A stretch of 64,000 nt of DNA from the human T2T-CHM13v2.0 reference genome, Homo sapiens. The notes beneath the pieces were generated by a model. The model made no database searches. It was not told the DNA's origin and saw nothing but the letters and a program-made list of their open reading frames with translations. Of the stretch, positions 1 to 15,755 are shown piece by piece; positions within the stretch are counted from its first letter, which is position 1, and each line of letters opens with the position of its first letter. Position numbers and translations under genes: made by a program. The stretch lies in NCBI RefSeq assembly GCF_009914755.1, contig NC_060947.1; one strand, 5' to 3'.

Positions 1-291
1 TTCTGAGCAAACCATCACAAGGACAGAAAACCAAACACCACATGTTCTCACTCATAGGTGGGAATTGAACAATGAGAACACTTGGACACACAGCAGGGAA
101 CATCACACACCAGGGCCTGTCGTGGGGTGAGGGGAGTGGGGAGGGATAGCATTAAGAGAAATACCTAATGTAAATGACTAGTTAATGGGTGCAGCACACC
201 AACATGGCCCATGTATACATGTGTAACAAACCTGCATGTTGTGCACATGTACCCTAGAACTTAAAGTATAATAGTAATAATAATAATAATA
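1..291 (+). mobile_element. LINE-1 (L1PA) 3' end with (TAA)n tail; element continues left of the window
   Basis: Canonical L1PA 3'UTR (catgttctcactcataggtggg...gtaccctagaacttaaagtata), then taataataa tail; closely matches the 3' end of the L1 at 11290-11576. Confidence 0.95.
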
Positions 292-681
292 ATAAAGAAA
301 TAGCTGAGACTGGGTAATGTATTTTAAAAAAGAGGTTTAATTGGCTCATGGTTCTGCAGGGTGTACAGTTAGCATAGTGGCATCTCTTTCTGGGGAGTCC
401 TCAGGAAGCTTACAATTATGGCAGAAAGCAAAGGGGGAGCAGGCACATAAAGATGACCAGAGCGAGGAGAGTGAGGGGAGAGGTGCCACACACTTTGAAA
501 CAGCCAAATCTCAGGAGAACTCACTCACTATTGTGAGGGCAGCACCAAGGGGATGGTGCTACACCATTCACAAGAAATTTAACTCCATGATCCAGTCACC
601 TCCCACCAGGCCCCACCTCCAACATTGGGGATTACAGTACAACAGGAGATTTGGGCAGGGACACAGATCCAAATTATATCA
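292..681 (-). mobile_element. MSTA-like MaLR LTR, interrupted at its left end by the L1PA
   Basis: ataaagaaatagctgagactgggtaat...gaggtttaattggctcatggttctgcagg...ccacctccaacattggggattaca...atccaaattatatca resembles the MST/THE1 LTR consensus. Confidence 0.85.
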
Positions 682-1807
682 ATTTAACCCTTGAGAACTG
701 TTCAACTTGAAAATCTATTGAGACTAAGATTCCCTGAGCCAACTTCAGGGAACCTCATCATTAATCTTTCTCAAACAATGGAAGTCAATACCTTCTTCAC
801 ATTTCTAATATTAGAAGATACTAGAACTTTTGCATATAGTATTAATCTTTAACTAAAGAACTTTCTGATATTTTTATAACTATCTTGGGTGGCTGTGATA
901 ACAGTACTCATTCAAGGTAAGGCTTTCTATTGATGACAACAATGTAAATCAGTAAGTGATATTTTTAGTTGAAATTTTTAAAAAGACTGTATGTTTAGTA
1001 ATGTAAATTTCAAGTAGATTGAGTCCCATAGTTTTGTTGACAATTGTGTGAAGTTGTTTAATTGTGCATGCAAATAAGTATGAGCAGATGATTGCAGATG
1101 TAAATGGCCAATCAGTAAGAAAGATTCATTTCCTCTACCACCACATCCTCCCAGATCTGGGAGGCTGGGTGAAATTTGGCTCAGTTTATTTCCAGAAAAA
1201 GGAAAGTTCCTTGATCAGTGGTGGAATTATGCTCTGCCAATAAAGCTCCAGATGAGAAATCAGAAGAGGGGATTTCTGTTTTCGATACGTCACTTCTTCA
1301 TTCTGATACAAGAACAAAATCTTCAGATACCCTGCATTTTCAAATATTTGCAATTGATCACTATCCCTGGAGAGTTCTGAGCAGAATGAGCATGACATTT
1401 AAAAACTTCATCAAAAGAAATCACAGTGTACCTTCTCGAAAAGAAACTTTTTTATTTTTGATCATTTCAACTTGTATTTTACATTCAGGGAGCACATGTA
1501 TAGGTTTGTTACATGGGTATAGTGTGTGATGCTGAAGTTTGAGCTATGAATGATCCCATCACCGAGGTAGTGATCATAGTACCCAACAGTTAGTTTTTCA
1601 ACCCTTGACTCCCTGACTGCCACCCCTTCAAGTAGTCCCTAGTGTCTGTTGTTACGATCTTTATGTCTGCAAATACCTAATATTTAGCCTTCACTTGTAA
1701 GTGAGAATATGCGGTATTTGGTTTTCTGTTCCTGTGTTAATTCGCTTAGGATGATGGCCTCTAGCAGCATCCATGTTGCTGCAAAGGACATGATCTCATC
1801 CTCTCTC

Positions 1808-2103
<296 letters not shown>

Positions 2104-2304
2104 TGATCTCATTCTTTTTCAATGGCTTTGTAGTATTCCTTGGTGTATATGTACTATATTTTCTTTATGCAGTCTATCATTGATGGGCACCTGGGTTGAT
2201 TCCACATTTTTGCTATTGTGAATAGTGCTGCAGTGAGCATACAAGTGCATGTCTCTCTTTTTGCACATTTTGCAATCAGTCTTTCAATGGAATGATTTAT
2301 TTTC

Positions 2305-2410
2305 TTTATTTTATTTTATTATTATACTTTAAGTTTTAGGGTACATGTGCACAATGTGCAGGGTAGTTACATATGTATACATGTGCCATGCTGGTGTGCT
2401 GCACCCATTA
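2305..2410 (-). mobile_element. Very short young L1PA 3' terminal fragment (L1PA2/3-like)
   Basis: ttattatactttaagttttagggtacatgtgcacaatgtgcagg...catgctggtgtgctgcacccatta is the antisense of a young L1 3' terminus. Confidence 0.85.
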
Positions 2411-2512
2411 TTATACCCAGTAATAGGATTGCTGCATTGAGTGGTAGTTATTTTTTAAGTTCTCAAAAGAGACATTTTGAAATGGAATTCTGCTGTGCTA
2501 TTCTTAGATTCT

Positions 2513-2625
2513 TAGGGTGACCACTCATCCAGGGTTCCTCTGCACTGTCGCAGATTTAGAACTGAAAATACTGCCTCCTGGGAAGCTCCTCAATCCTAGG
2601 CAAAGCAGGACAGTTGGTCATCCTG
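2513..2625. mobile_element. MER81-like hAT-Blackjack MITE
   Basis: About 113 bp with TIRs tagggtgacca ... tggtcatcctg and internal actgaaa/gggaa/ggcaaa pattern. Confidence 0.75.
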
Positions 2626-2649
2626 TGTGTTCATGAATGAACCTATTCC

Positions 2650-2770
2650 AGCTGACTTTCTCAAAGTGTGGTCCTGGCCACCTGCATCACGATCTCTTTT
2701 TTTTTTTTTTTTTTTTAAAGCAGTTTCCCTGGTGATTCTTAGATACACTATAAAGTTCGGGACAGAATTT
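2650..2770. mobile_element. MER5-family hAT-Charlie MITE fragment with internal poly-T
   Basis: ttctcaaagtgtggtcc...cctgcatca and tccctggtgattctt...aaagtt. Confidence 0.55.
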
Positions 2771-2849
2771 AACTCAAGAATGCCTTGGAAGTCTGTATAT
2801 ATGGTATGCTCTCATTATCTCTGAGTATTTGCATAAGTACTTTCCTCAT

Positions 2850-3092
2850 ATCTGACACCCTTTCTTTGACCGAGTCCTCCCTACTCCCAAGGCAGGATCT
2901 GGTGCCCCATCTTTGTGCTCCCATCCTACCCATCCCCACATCCCTTTATTATGGCACTCATTGCACTGGGTTATTTATGTAGCTGCTTTCCACACTTGAC
3001 CTCCTTGAGGTTGGGGTCTTTCATTTCTATACATCTATAGAAGATACATAGTAGGCCCTGTAATTAATTTCAGGAACAAATTAATAAATGAT
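2850..3092 (+). mobile_element. L2 3' end
   Basis: ctccttgagg...catagtaggccc...ttaataaatga tail. Confidence 0.55.
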
Positions 3093-5719
3093 TCATATCA
3101 TCAATACTCACTTACAAAAATATTAAAGTACTAATATTGATCCTAAACTTCTACCGTTTACTCTTTTCCACTATTTGTGCCTCCTATCCTTTTCTAAAAT
3201 TTATTACTGATAATTTGCATTTATTCTGTAGATATTCTTTGCTCTAATAACTTATTAAAGATTTTTAAAAGATAGCCTGTTAAAAGGATGTTTTTGAAAT
3301 GTTTATTGTTGTATTGGTTCTAAATATTAAATAGGAAAAGTAACTTTGACTTGTGGCAGGAAAACAATCAGAGTCCCCCTTTTTGATGATTTGTGTGTGC
3401 TTATATTGGTTCCTACAACAATCTAGATTTGAGTTGGTGACAGCAGACCTCAAATAAAGTATACAGGGATGGAATCTCAGAGAAAGATTATATTAGCAGC
3501 AATTTCCAACTCTGGCAAAGTGCATAAATTCATGGGCTGGCAAGGAAAATTGTCTCCCTTGATTCTTTTGTGGTATAATGAGGACCTTCTACATATTTTT
3601 AAAATGAAATCATTAGAAGCTAGCAACAAAAATGGATCATTTATATTTTTATGAACTGATGTTTTAAATCATTTTTCCAAGTTGGAGAAGATTTTAATAT
3701 TTTTGCAGCTTCAATTTTCAGTCTTCTCTGGAGTAGATGTGCTGTTCTCTGTGAATTAAAGGGAGGTATAGAAATGCAAATGTTGCAGATTATAAAATTG
3801 TACAAAAGGACTGCCTGCTAAATTGATTTCAAGGCTATATGGGACATTGTATGCTTAGACAAAAGAGAATTGGAAGTTAACAAAAAAAGAAGAGAGATTT
3901 AGGTAAAGAACTTAATGCAGAGAAGTGGGAATAGATATGTAGCTTAATAAAAATGGATTTGCATAGAACTCAGACATCAGATTATTCAATTTAATTATCT
4001 CCTATCCTTAGTAATTTTTACTGTCAAATTGCACCAATTATATAAAATATCATTCTTTATTTCAAATGTGGGACAGTGTGAGTGATAGTAATACAGAATA
4101 GAGTATAGAAGAAATCCATGGTATACATATTACATTAAGAGCACATTCAGTGTTGATGAGGGTATATATACTGATTTGAAAGTTCTACATATTCAGATCA
4201 ATCCTGTGCTGTTAGAATTATTAAGATTATGCTGATAGAGAAGTATCACTTAAAAACTTGTCAGAGGTCTCATTTGAAGACAGAAGGTGAAAACATGGAT
4301 TAAAAAGAAGAGTCATTAGTTTCAGGGAGTCCTGATAAGGTTTAGAAAGACAGTGAATATCAGTTTGTCTAGTATCTGGATGCTTTAGTTTTAAATTGTC
4401 CTCCCTCTTCCTTCTCCCTATCATCAGTGTTCTGGAAAGAGGTATTTTGTCCATTTGTACTCTCTCTTTTCATTTATAAATGGGAACCCAGTGTGGGTTC
4501 TAGACTTGAAGTATTTTGGAATGTGAGAGTAATCTTTTGAACTGAAGGCTGAAGACAAGTTATTTCTCCTGGCAGCAGATTAAACAACTAACTCAAACCC
4601 ATCAGCTTGCCATTTGCCAAATGGAGAGTTCCTCATAAGAGAACACATATGTTTTGGAGGAAACCAACAACCTACATTAGAAAACATGACCCAAAGTTCA
4701 TGCACTGATGGGAATCAGTAGCACCATCAGAAGCAATGATCATGATGAGCAGTTATCACATGAAAAGCACCACACTAGCTGGCACTACACAGGCAGAGGA
4801 CACTGGAATGAATGAGACAACTGCCCTCAAAGGGGTTAACAACAATATATACAGGAAGACATCTTTCAGACTTTTATGATGGAGTGAGCTGAGTTTGAGG
4901 AGGGAAGAGAAGTATGAATTTATTGTGGAACTAACCTTCTGACATCCAAAGTGAAATATTGGTGGGGTGGTGTGCTCTAAGCATTGGCGTCATGATTATT
5001 CTAACTCCTCCCAATACCAGTATAAATTGGCTGTACACTGTGAAAAAATGATATCCTCAGATGCCTCTTAGTAATGTTGATAGTCGAGTCTCTTTGGAAA
5101 ACTAGACAAACACAACCGGTGTTTGGTTGGGAGAGAGTCATAGTAAAGTTCCTCTCTGAAACAATGGAAATGTATTAGTAAGCCCGGGGACTATATATTT
5201 ATTTTTCCATTTCAAGTGTAGGTTAATAGCCAAAAATCCAGAATTTTTTTTTTCTTTCAAATACTAACTTCCACACCCACGGATTTTTCTTGTGGTTTTT
5301 CATTCAGCTAGCCTCCCCATCTTCATGTTGTAGCCAGAAAATGTCACAGAGATTTGGACATATTTATTAGCTTATTAAACCAATATGACCACAGAGGCAC
5401 ATTTTCTAAGAACTTAGAAACTCCTGGAGTTGATTCCAAGATGGCCGAACAGGAACAGCTCTGGTCTACAGCTCCCACTGAAATCAACGCAGAAGATGGG
5501 TGATTTCTGCATTTCCAACTGAGGTACCTGGTCCATCTCACTGGGACGGTTTGGACAGTGGGTACAGCTTATGGAGGGCAAGCCAAAGCAGGGTGGTGTG
5601 TTGCCTCACCTGGGAAGCACAAGGGGTCAGGGGATTTCCCTTTCCTAGCCAAGGGAAGCCATGAGTGACTGTACCTGGAGGAACGGTTCTGCCCAAATAC
5701 TGCACTTTTCCCACAGTCT

Positions 5720-5860
5720 TCACAACTGGCAGACCAGGAGATTCCCTCCTATGCCTAGATCAGCAGGTCCCACTCCCACGGAGCCTTGCTCGCTGCTAGC
5801 ACAGCAGTCTGAGATCCACCTGGGATGCTGAAGCTTGGCAGGCAGATGGGCATCCACCAT
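5720..5860 (-). pseudogene. L1 antisense ORF0 homologue, 46 aa (truncated)
   Basis: MVDAHLPAKLQHPRWISDCCASSEQGSVGVGP resembles L1HS ORF0 (MAGAPPPASLPPCSLISDCCAS..DSVGVGP); Kozak gcaATGg; stops earlier than the 71-aa L1HS ORF0. Confidence 0.7.
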
Positions 5861-6456
5861 TGCTGAGGCTTGAGTAGGTGGTTCTATGCTCACAGTGTAA
5901 ACAAAGTGGCAGGGAAGCTTGAACTGGGCGGAGCCCACCACAGTTCACCAAGGCCTACTGCCTCTCTAGATTCCACCTCTGGGGCAGGGCATAGCTGAAC
6001 AAAAGGCAGCAGACAGCTTCTGCAGACTTAAACGACCCTGCCTGACAGCTCTGAAGAGAGCAGTCGTTCTCCCAGCATGGCATTTGAGCTCCAATAATGG
6101 ACAGACTGCCTCGTCAACTGAGTACCTGACCCCTGTGTAGCCTGACTGGGAGACACCTCGCAGTAGGGGCCAACAGACACCTCATACAGGCAGGTGCCCC
6201 TCTGGGATGAAGCTTCCAAAGGAAGGATCAGGCAGCAATATTTGCTGTTCTGCAGCCTCCACTGGCGATACCCAGGCAAACAGGGTCTGGAGTGGACCTC
6301 CAGCAAACTCCAACAGACCTGCAGCTGAGGGGCCTGTCTGTTGAAAGAAAAACTAAGAAAGGAATAACATCAACATCAACAAAAAAAAAAATCCACACCA
6401 AAACTCCATCCATAGTTCACCAACATCAAAGACCAAAGGTAAGCAAAACAACAAAG

Positions 6457-7475
6457 ATGGGGAGAAACCAGAGCAGAAAGACTGAAAATTCCAAAAACTG
6501 GAATGCCTATTCTCCTCCAAAGGAACACAACTCCTTGCCAGCAAGGGAAAAAAACCGGATGGAGAATGAGTTTGAACAGTTGACAGAAGTAGGCTCCAGA
6601 AGGTCGGTAATAACAAACTTCTCCAAACTAAAGGAGTGTGTTCTAACCCATTGCAAGGAAGCTAAAAACTTGAAAAAAGGTTAGACAAAAGGCTAACTAG
6701 AATAAACAGCTTAGCGAAGACCTTAAATGATCTGATGGAGCTGAAAACCACAGTACCAGAACTTCATGAAGCACACACAAGCTTCAACAGCCAATTTGAT
6801 CAAGTGGAAGAAAGGGTATCAGTGATTGAAGATCAAATTAATAAAGTGAGATGACAAGATTAGAGAAAAAAAGTGAAAAGAAATGAACAAAGCATGCAAG
6901 AAATATGGGACTATGTGAAAAGACCATATCTACGTCTGATTGGTGTATCTGAAAGTGACGGGGAGAATGGAACCAAGTTAGAAAACACTCTTCAGGATAT
7001 TATCCAGGAGAACTTCCCCAACCTAGCAAGGCAGGCCAACATTCAAATTCAGAAAATACAGATAACACCACAAATATACTCCTTGAGAAGAGCAACCCCA
7101 AGACACATAATTGCCAGATTCACCAAGGTTGAAATGAGGGAAAAAGTGTTAAGGGCAGCCAGAGAGAAAGGTCAGGTTACCCACCAAGGGAAGCCCATCA
7201 GACTAACAGCAGATCTCTCAGCAGAAACCTTACAAGCCAGAAGAGAGTGGGGGCCAATATTCAACATTCTTAAAGAAAAGAATTTTCAACCCAGAATTTC
7301 ATATCCAGCCAAACTAAGCTTTGTAAGTGAAGGAGAAATAAAATCCTTTACAGACAAGCATATGCTGAGAGATTTTGTCACCACCAGGGCTGCCTTATAA
7401 GAGCTCCTGAAGGAAGCACTAAACACGGAAAGGAACAACCAGTACCAGCCACTGCAAAAACATGCCAAATTGTAA
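6457..7475 (+). pseudogene. L1 ORF1p remnant (disrupted)
   Basis: MGRNQSRKTENSKN start; ORF 6873-7400 contains EIWDYVKRP, RATPRHII, ARREWGPIF and YPAKLSF motifs; broken by frameshifts and stops. Confidence 0.92.
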
Positions 7476-7538
7476 AGACCATTGACGTTATGAAGAAAGT
7501 GCATCAATTATCGGGTGAAATAACCAGCTAACATCATA

Positions 7539-11370
<3,832 letters not shown>

Positions 11371-12929
11371 ACATGGACACAGGGAGGGGAACATCACACA
11401 CTGAGGCCTGCTGGGGGTCGGGAGCTGGGGGAGGTGTAGCATTAAGAGAAATACCTAATGTAAATGACGAGTTGATGGATGTAGCAAACCAACATGGCAC
11501 ATGTATACATATGTAACAAACCTGCACATTGTGCACATGTACCCTAGAACTTAAAGTATAATAATAATAATAACAAAGAAACTCCTGCAAGCTTTGGGAA
11601 CCCACAGAATGCACGGCAGGATTTCAACTTGTCAGCTAATGGCACTGTAAATATCACTGATTATTCTCTTTGTTTATAAAAGAGCAGTATTAACAACTCA
11701 ATCAACCAGCTAACTGAAAGGAGAAGTGATAGAATGGGTGACTTGCTGCATTATCAAAGCTTTGCATAGTGGCTCAGAACCTGTTCAGAGAAGTCTTTTC
11801 CCAATGAGCAAAGTGTCAAACCCTAATAGCTGGTTGGTTTGGATATGATAATCAGAACTGAAATAATTAAAGGAATTGTTAATTTTAAAAACCCTGATTA
11901 GGGGTCAGGATAAGACTTGGAAGAGATCTGTAATGACTGTGCTTTTGGGCAATGTGCTTGCCTAACATAATGGGTTATCTATTAGTTGCCATTGTCACAC
12001 TTCCTTTGGTGTCGGAAGTGCATAGTGACTTCAATATTTAAAAAATAGAAGGATACTATTTGTCAATTAAATCACAGGTAATCTTTTTAAGGTGTTAAAT
12101 TCAGGAGTATGTGTGGGGGCTGTGGTGTGGGAGCAGCGGCAAGACATAACAGTATGGCATATGGAAGTAAATCTTTTGTTCCAGAGTGATCTTGCCTTGC
12201 ACATGCTTGCTAATTAACTTTCCTATCCTGTTTGACCCATTTGGCAGGAACACCACACACATAGGTCAAAGCCAATCTAGAAAGAGGGAGGACTAAGAGA
12301 GGCATTTTACTACTTAACAAGAGTGATTCTTCAATTTTTGGGGGAAAGGGTAAGAAAAGCACTCTTTCTATTTCTCTTGCCTTTCGGAGAGTTTGATAGG
12401 AATAAGTTTTGCTGGTTTTCCTAGTCAGTCTCTGGAAGCAGCTTATTTAAAGCTGTGCTTAATACAGTGCATGCCACACAGTAGGAACTCAAGAACAATT
12501 TGTTGAGAAAATGAAGGTGGTATGAAATGTGCAATAGGACAAATGGTCTATGGCCTTATCTGAAATGAAGAAAATCAATGGGAAGTCCATGGACTCTCAT
12601 CCTGCATTGATATGTTTTCAAGATATGGATGTGAACAGTGCTACTTGTCTAGAAAAACTGCAGTCTAGGCATGGTACCTATAGCTTTCACTTGCTAGGGT
12701 AAATGGAACTGATCATATGAGTAATGTAGTGTTTTTTGGCTCATGTGGGACACTGGACCTATTTCATTAAAATGTTAATCACCAGACCCTTTGAAATAAC
12801 CCATCTTGGGCTCATTTGTTTTTTGGGAAATTGATCCATTTAAAAATAGCATAGATTCTTAGTTTCAAATCATAGACCTTCTGTCATATATAAAGGTAGA
12901 TATAACCAATTCATCATCATATCAATTCA

Positions 12930-13560
12930 ATCATCCATTCATTTATTCAATATGCATTAGACATCTACAATGGATGAGTTATTGTGCTAAGAGCAGTGGG
13001 ATAATTTTCTAAGGGCAGAAAAGTTGTTTAGTTTTTCTACGTTGCATCCCTAACATCTAGCATAATATATAGAATATATAGCATATACTTAATTGATTCT
13101 TGATGACAAATGAATGAATAAATAAGAGAGGGGACAGATACATACAGAAGTAATTATGCCAGACAAAGTAAAACAAGTGGTATAATCTACGTATTGTGAG
13201 CACCAAGGGAAAGATGCAGTTAACTCCCCCTTAGGTGAAATTGGTCAAGAAAGGCTTCCAGTAGAAGATAACATTTGAATTAGTAAGATAGGACAAAAAC
13301 ACATACACATGTAAACACACAAACACACACACACAAACACACAGTAGGGAGGGCATTCCAGGCTATAGTAACATCACACAGGTTGTAGCAGTGTTAAGGT
13401 GTATGCCATGATTTGGGAATGGTGAGAGTGGGGGGTGATGATTGGAAGAGCATGGTGATGGATGAGGCTCAAAAAGAGGAGCAATGGCAAATCACAGAAT
13501 GCTCCAAATGTCCTACTAAGATAGTTGTGGACCATTGAAGGTTTTAGAATGATAAGATTC
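12930..13560 (-). mobile_element. L2 fragments (mostly antisense; short sense L2 tail near 13030-13125), with (CA)-rich stretch at 13300-13342
   Basis: tcatccattcatttattcaa...ttgtgctaag; gaaaggcttcc..aga..taacatttgaat; gagggcattccaggc. Confidence 0.6.
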
Positions 13561-13659
13561 AATCTACTAACCAAGGCTTTATTAAGCATCCATTAAGTGC
13601 CTATATTGTATTATAAGGAGGACATCCCTTTACATAATACTGTTTGGATTTGCAGATAA

Positions 13660-13920
13660 CTGTCATTTCCTTTAGCAAGGTTTTCCTGCCCTAAGTTCAT
13701 AGCACTCTATATTTTCCTTATCATAACATTTATTACAGCATAATGTAATTGCTTGTTTAGTTTTTACTTTTCTCCACTGGGCTGAGAGCTTACTGAGGGC
13801 TGGAACAATATCTACCTTGTTCATCATTTAATCCCAGTGCCCAGAACAGTCTCTGGCATGTATAATAATAGGTATTCAGTAAACACATGTTGAATAGACA
13901 AATAAATGAACAAGTAAATT
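13660..13920 (+). mobile_element. L2 3' end
   Basis: ctgagagcttactgagggc...cccagtgcccagaacagtctctggca...tgttgaatagacaaataaatgaa. Confidence 0.7.
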
Positions 13921-14145
13921 AATCATATGGTTAGTTTGATGTATGTACAAAATACAGAGGGACCCTTTATTGAACATTTCTACTGTAAGATGGAGGGAAT
14001 TTATTTATGAGATTGGGGAGTCTGTGTCTGTTAAAGATAAAAGGTCCTGAGAAAGTACAGGTTTCTGTGCATCTGTGCAGTACTGGGAATTTAGTTACAA
14101 GTCAAGAATTTCTATGTATTTAGTGTTAGGATTTCTCCAGGATCC

Positions 14146-14241
14146 TTTTTTTTTTTTTTTTTTTTTGAGACAGGATCTTATTCTGTCACCCAGGCTGGAG
14201 TGCAGTGGCACAATCATGGCTCACTGTAGCCTCAAATTCCC
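14146..14241 (-). mobile_element. 5'-truncated AluJ/FLAM fragment
   Basis: Poly-T then gagacaggatcttattctgtcacccaggctggagtgcagtggcacaatcatggctcactgtagcctc. Confidence 0.85.
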
Positions 14242-14522
14242 TCTGGGATTCTTTAAGTCACAGGGTTGGCAGAGGAGACTTTGGTGGATATGTGTTTATC
14301 TCTAAGATGGTGAGATGATATCATGAGAACAAGATTTGCAGTCTTTCAGGAAGCTTTTTTTGAGGATAGATTTGTTTGGCAAGTTACAAGGGACAATTCA
14401 ATTGGACTAATGTAACTTTGAAGTATGGTGCATCAATGCAATAGTGACCTATGCAAAGTATAGGAGCCCCGTAAATATTTGTAGAGCCAGTGAATATTTG
14501 TTGAATGCCTACGTTAATGTGT

Positions 14523-15082
14523 TGTGGCAGATTGTATTTTGCAGGATGGTCCCATACACATATTTATTGCATCTTTTTGGCTGTTGGAGAGGTACAGTCT
14601 CTGTTCTTTCATCTTGAAACTGAGTGAATCTTTGTAACTGCCTTCACCAGTAAAATACAGTAGAAATGAAGCTATGTGAATTCTGGCTAGGTCAGAAAAG
14701 ATGACCATATGGCTTCTCTCTCTCTCTCTTCCTCTCTTTCAGAAGGATCATTTGTTCAACTCAGCCACTGTGCTGTGAAAAATGCCAACATTTCCAATGA
14801 AGAGACCACATGGAGAAACATGTAGAGAGGAACCAAGGCCCTTAGCTGATAGCCAGCATTAGGCATCAAGCATGTGAATGAATGAACCTTCAGATGATTC
14901 CTGCTCTCTGTCAGTGAGTCTTCCACTTGTGACCCCAGACATGGTAGAGGAGATACAAGCCGTCTTCACTGTGCCTGTTTGGATTCCTGAGTCACAGAAA
15001 CTGTGAAAGATAAGTGAGTATTGTTGCTTTAAGCCACTATGTTTTGTGGTAATTTGTTACTCAGTGATAGATAATGAATACA
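14523..15082 (+). mobile_element. MLT1 (G/H-like) MaLR solo LTR
   Basis: tgtggcagattg start; ends aagccactatgttttgtggtaatttgttactcagtgatagataatgaataca. Confidence 0.75.
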
Positions 15083-15104
15083 CTTGGTAGACTGGAATAG
15101 TGAC

Positions 15105-15755
15105 TTGTAATATATTTTTAAAAAAATCATAGATTCATTAGAAAATTTGATGAAAACTAAAGTGACCTCCATGACCCCCATATTCTGGTGTTCATACCCA
15201 TGTATAATCTCCTTCTCTTAGGTGTGGGCAGGACATTTGGCTTGTTTATAACCAATAGAATATGGCAAAAGCTTTGAGCTGTCACTTCAGTGATTATGTT
15301 ACCTTATATAAGACTTTCTCTTGCTAGCAGACTCACTCTAGGGTCTTGCTTTCCTGGTTGGTTTTGATGAACCAAGCTGCCATGAATCTTACAACCACAA
15401 GGAAATGAATTCTGCCAACAGCCAGAGTGAACTTGTAAGCAGACCCCAGTTGAGCCTGACGATGAGAACAGAGGCCTAGCTCACACTTTGATGGCAGTGT
15501 CACAGAGAAAATTGCTAAGCCATGCATAGACTTACTGAACCACATAAACTGTGAGATAATAAATGTATGTGTTATTTTAAGCCATTACAATTGTGCTAAT
15601 TTGTTATACAGCATAGAAAACTAACACAAAAGTGATGGATCCTCTCCAAGAAAAATGTAGAGACTCACATATACATAGAATTCTTATGCAATATTTTTGG
15701 GTGTTGCTGGACCCCTGATTTCCATGAATGGTGCCTAGTTTAAGAACCACTGCTC
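15105..15755 (-). mobile_element. Charlie4z-like hAT MITE split by an MLT1 LTR
   Basis: Left piece agaaaatttgatgaaaac; right piece atggatcctctccaagaaaaatg...ggacccctga...tttaagaaccactg. Confidence 0.5.
15160..15628 (+). mobile_element. MLT1E/F-like MaLR LTR
   Basis: tgacccccatattctggtgttcatacccatgtataatc...aaggaaatgaattctgccaaca...tgtgagataataaatg...ttgttatacagcatagaaaactaacaca. Confidence 0.8.

Noticed and set aside
341-694. 117-aa ORF
   Set aside because: Lies wholly within an MST LTR, starts at TTG, no recognisable domain.
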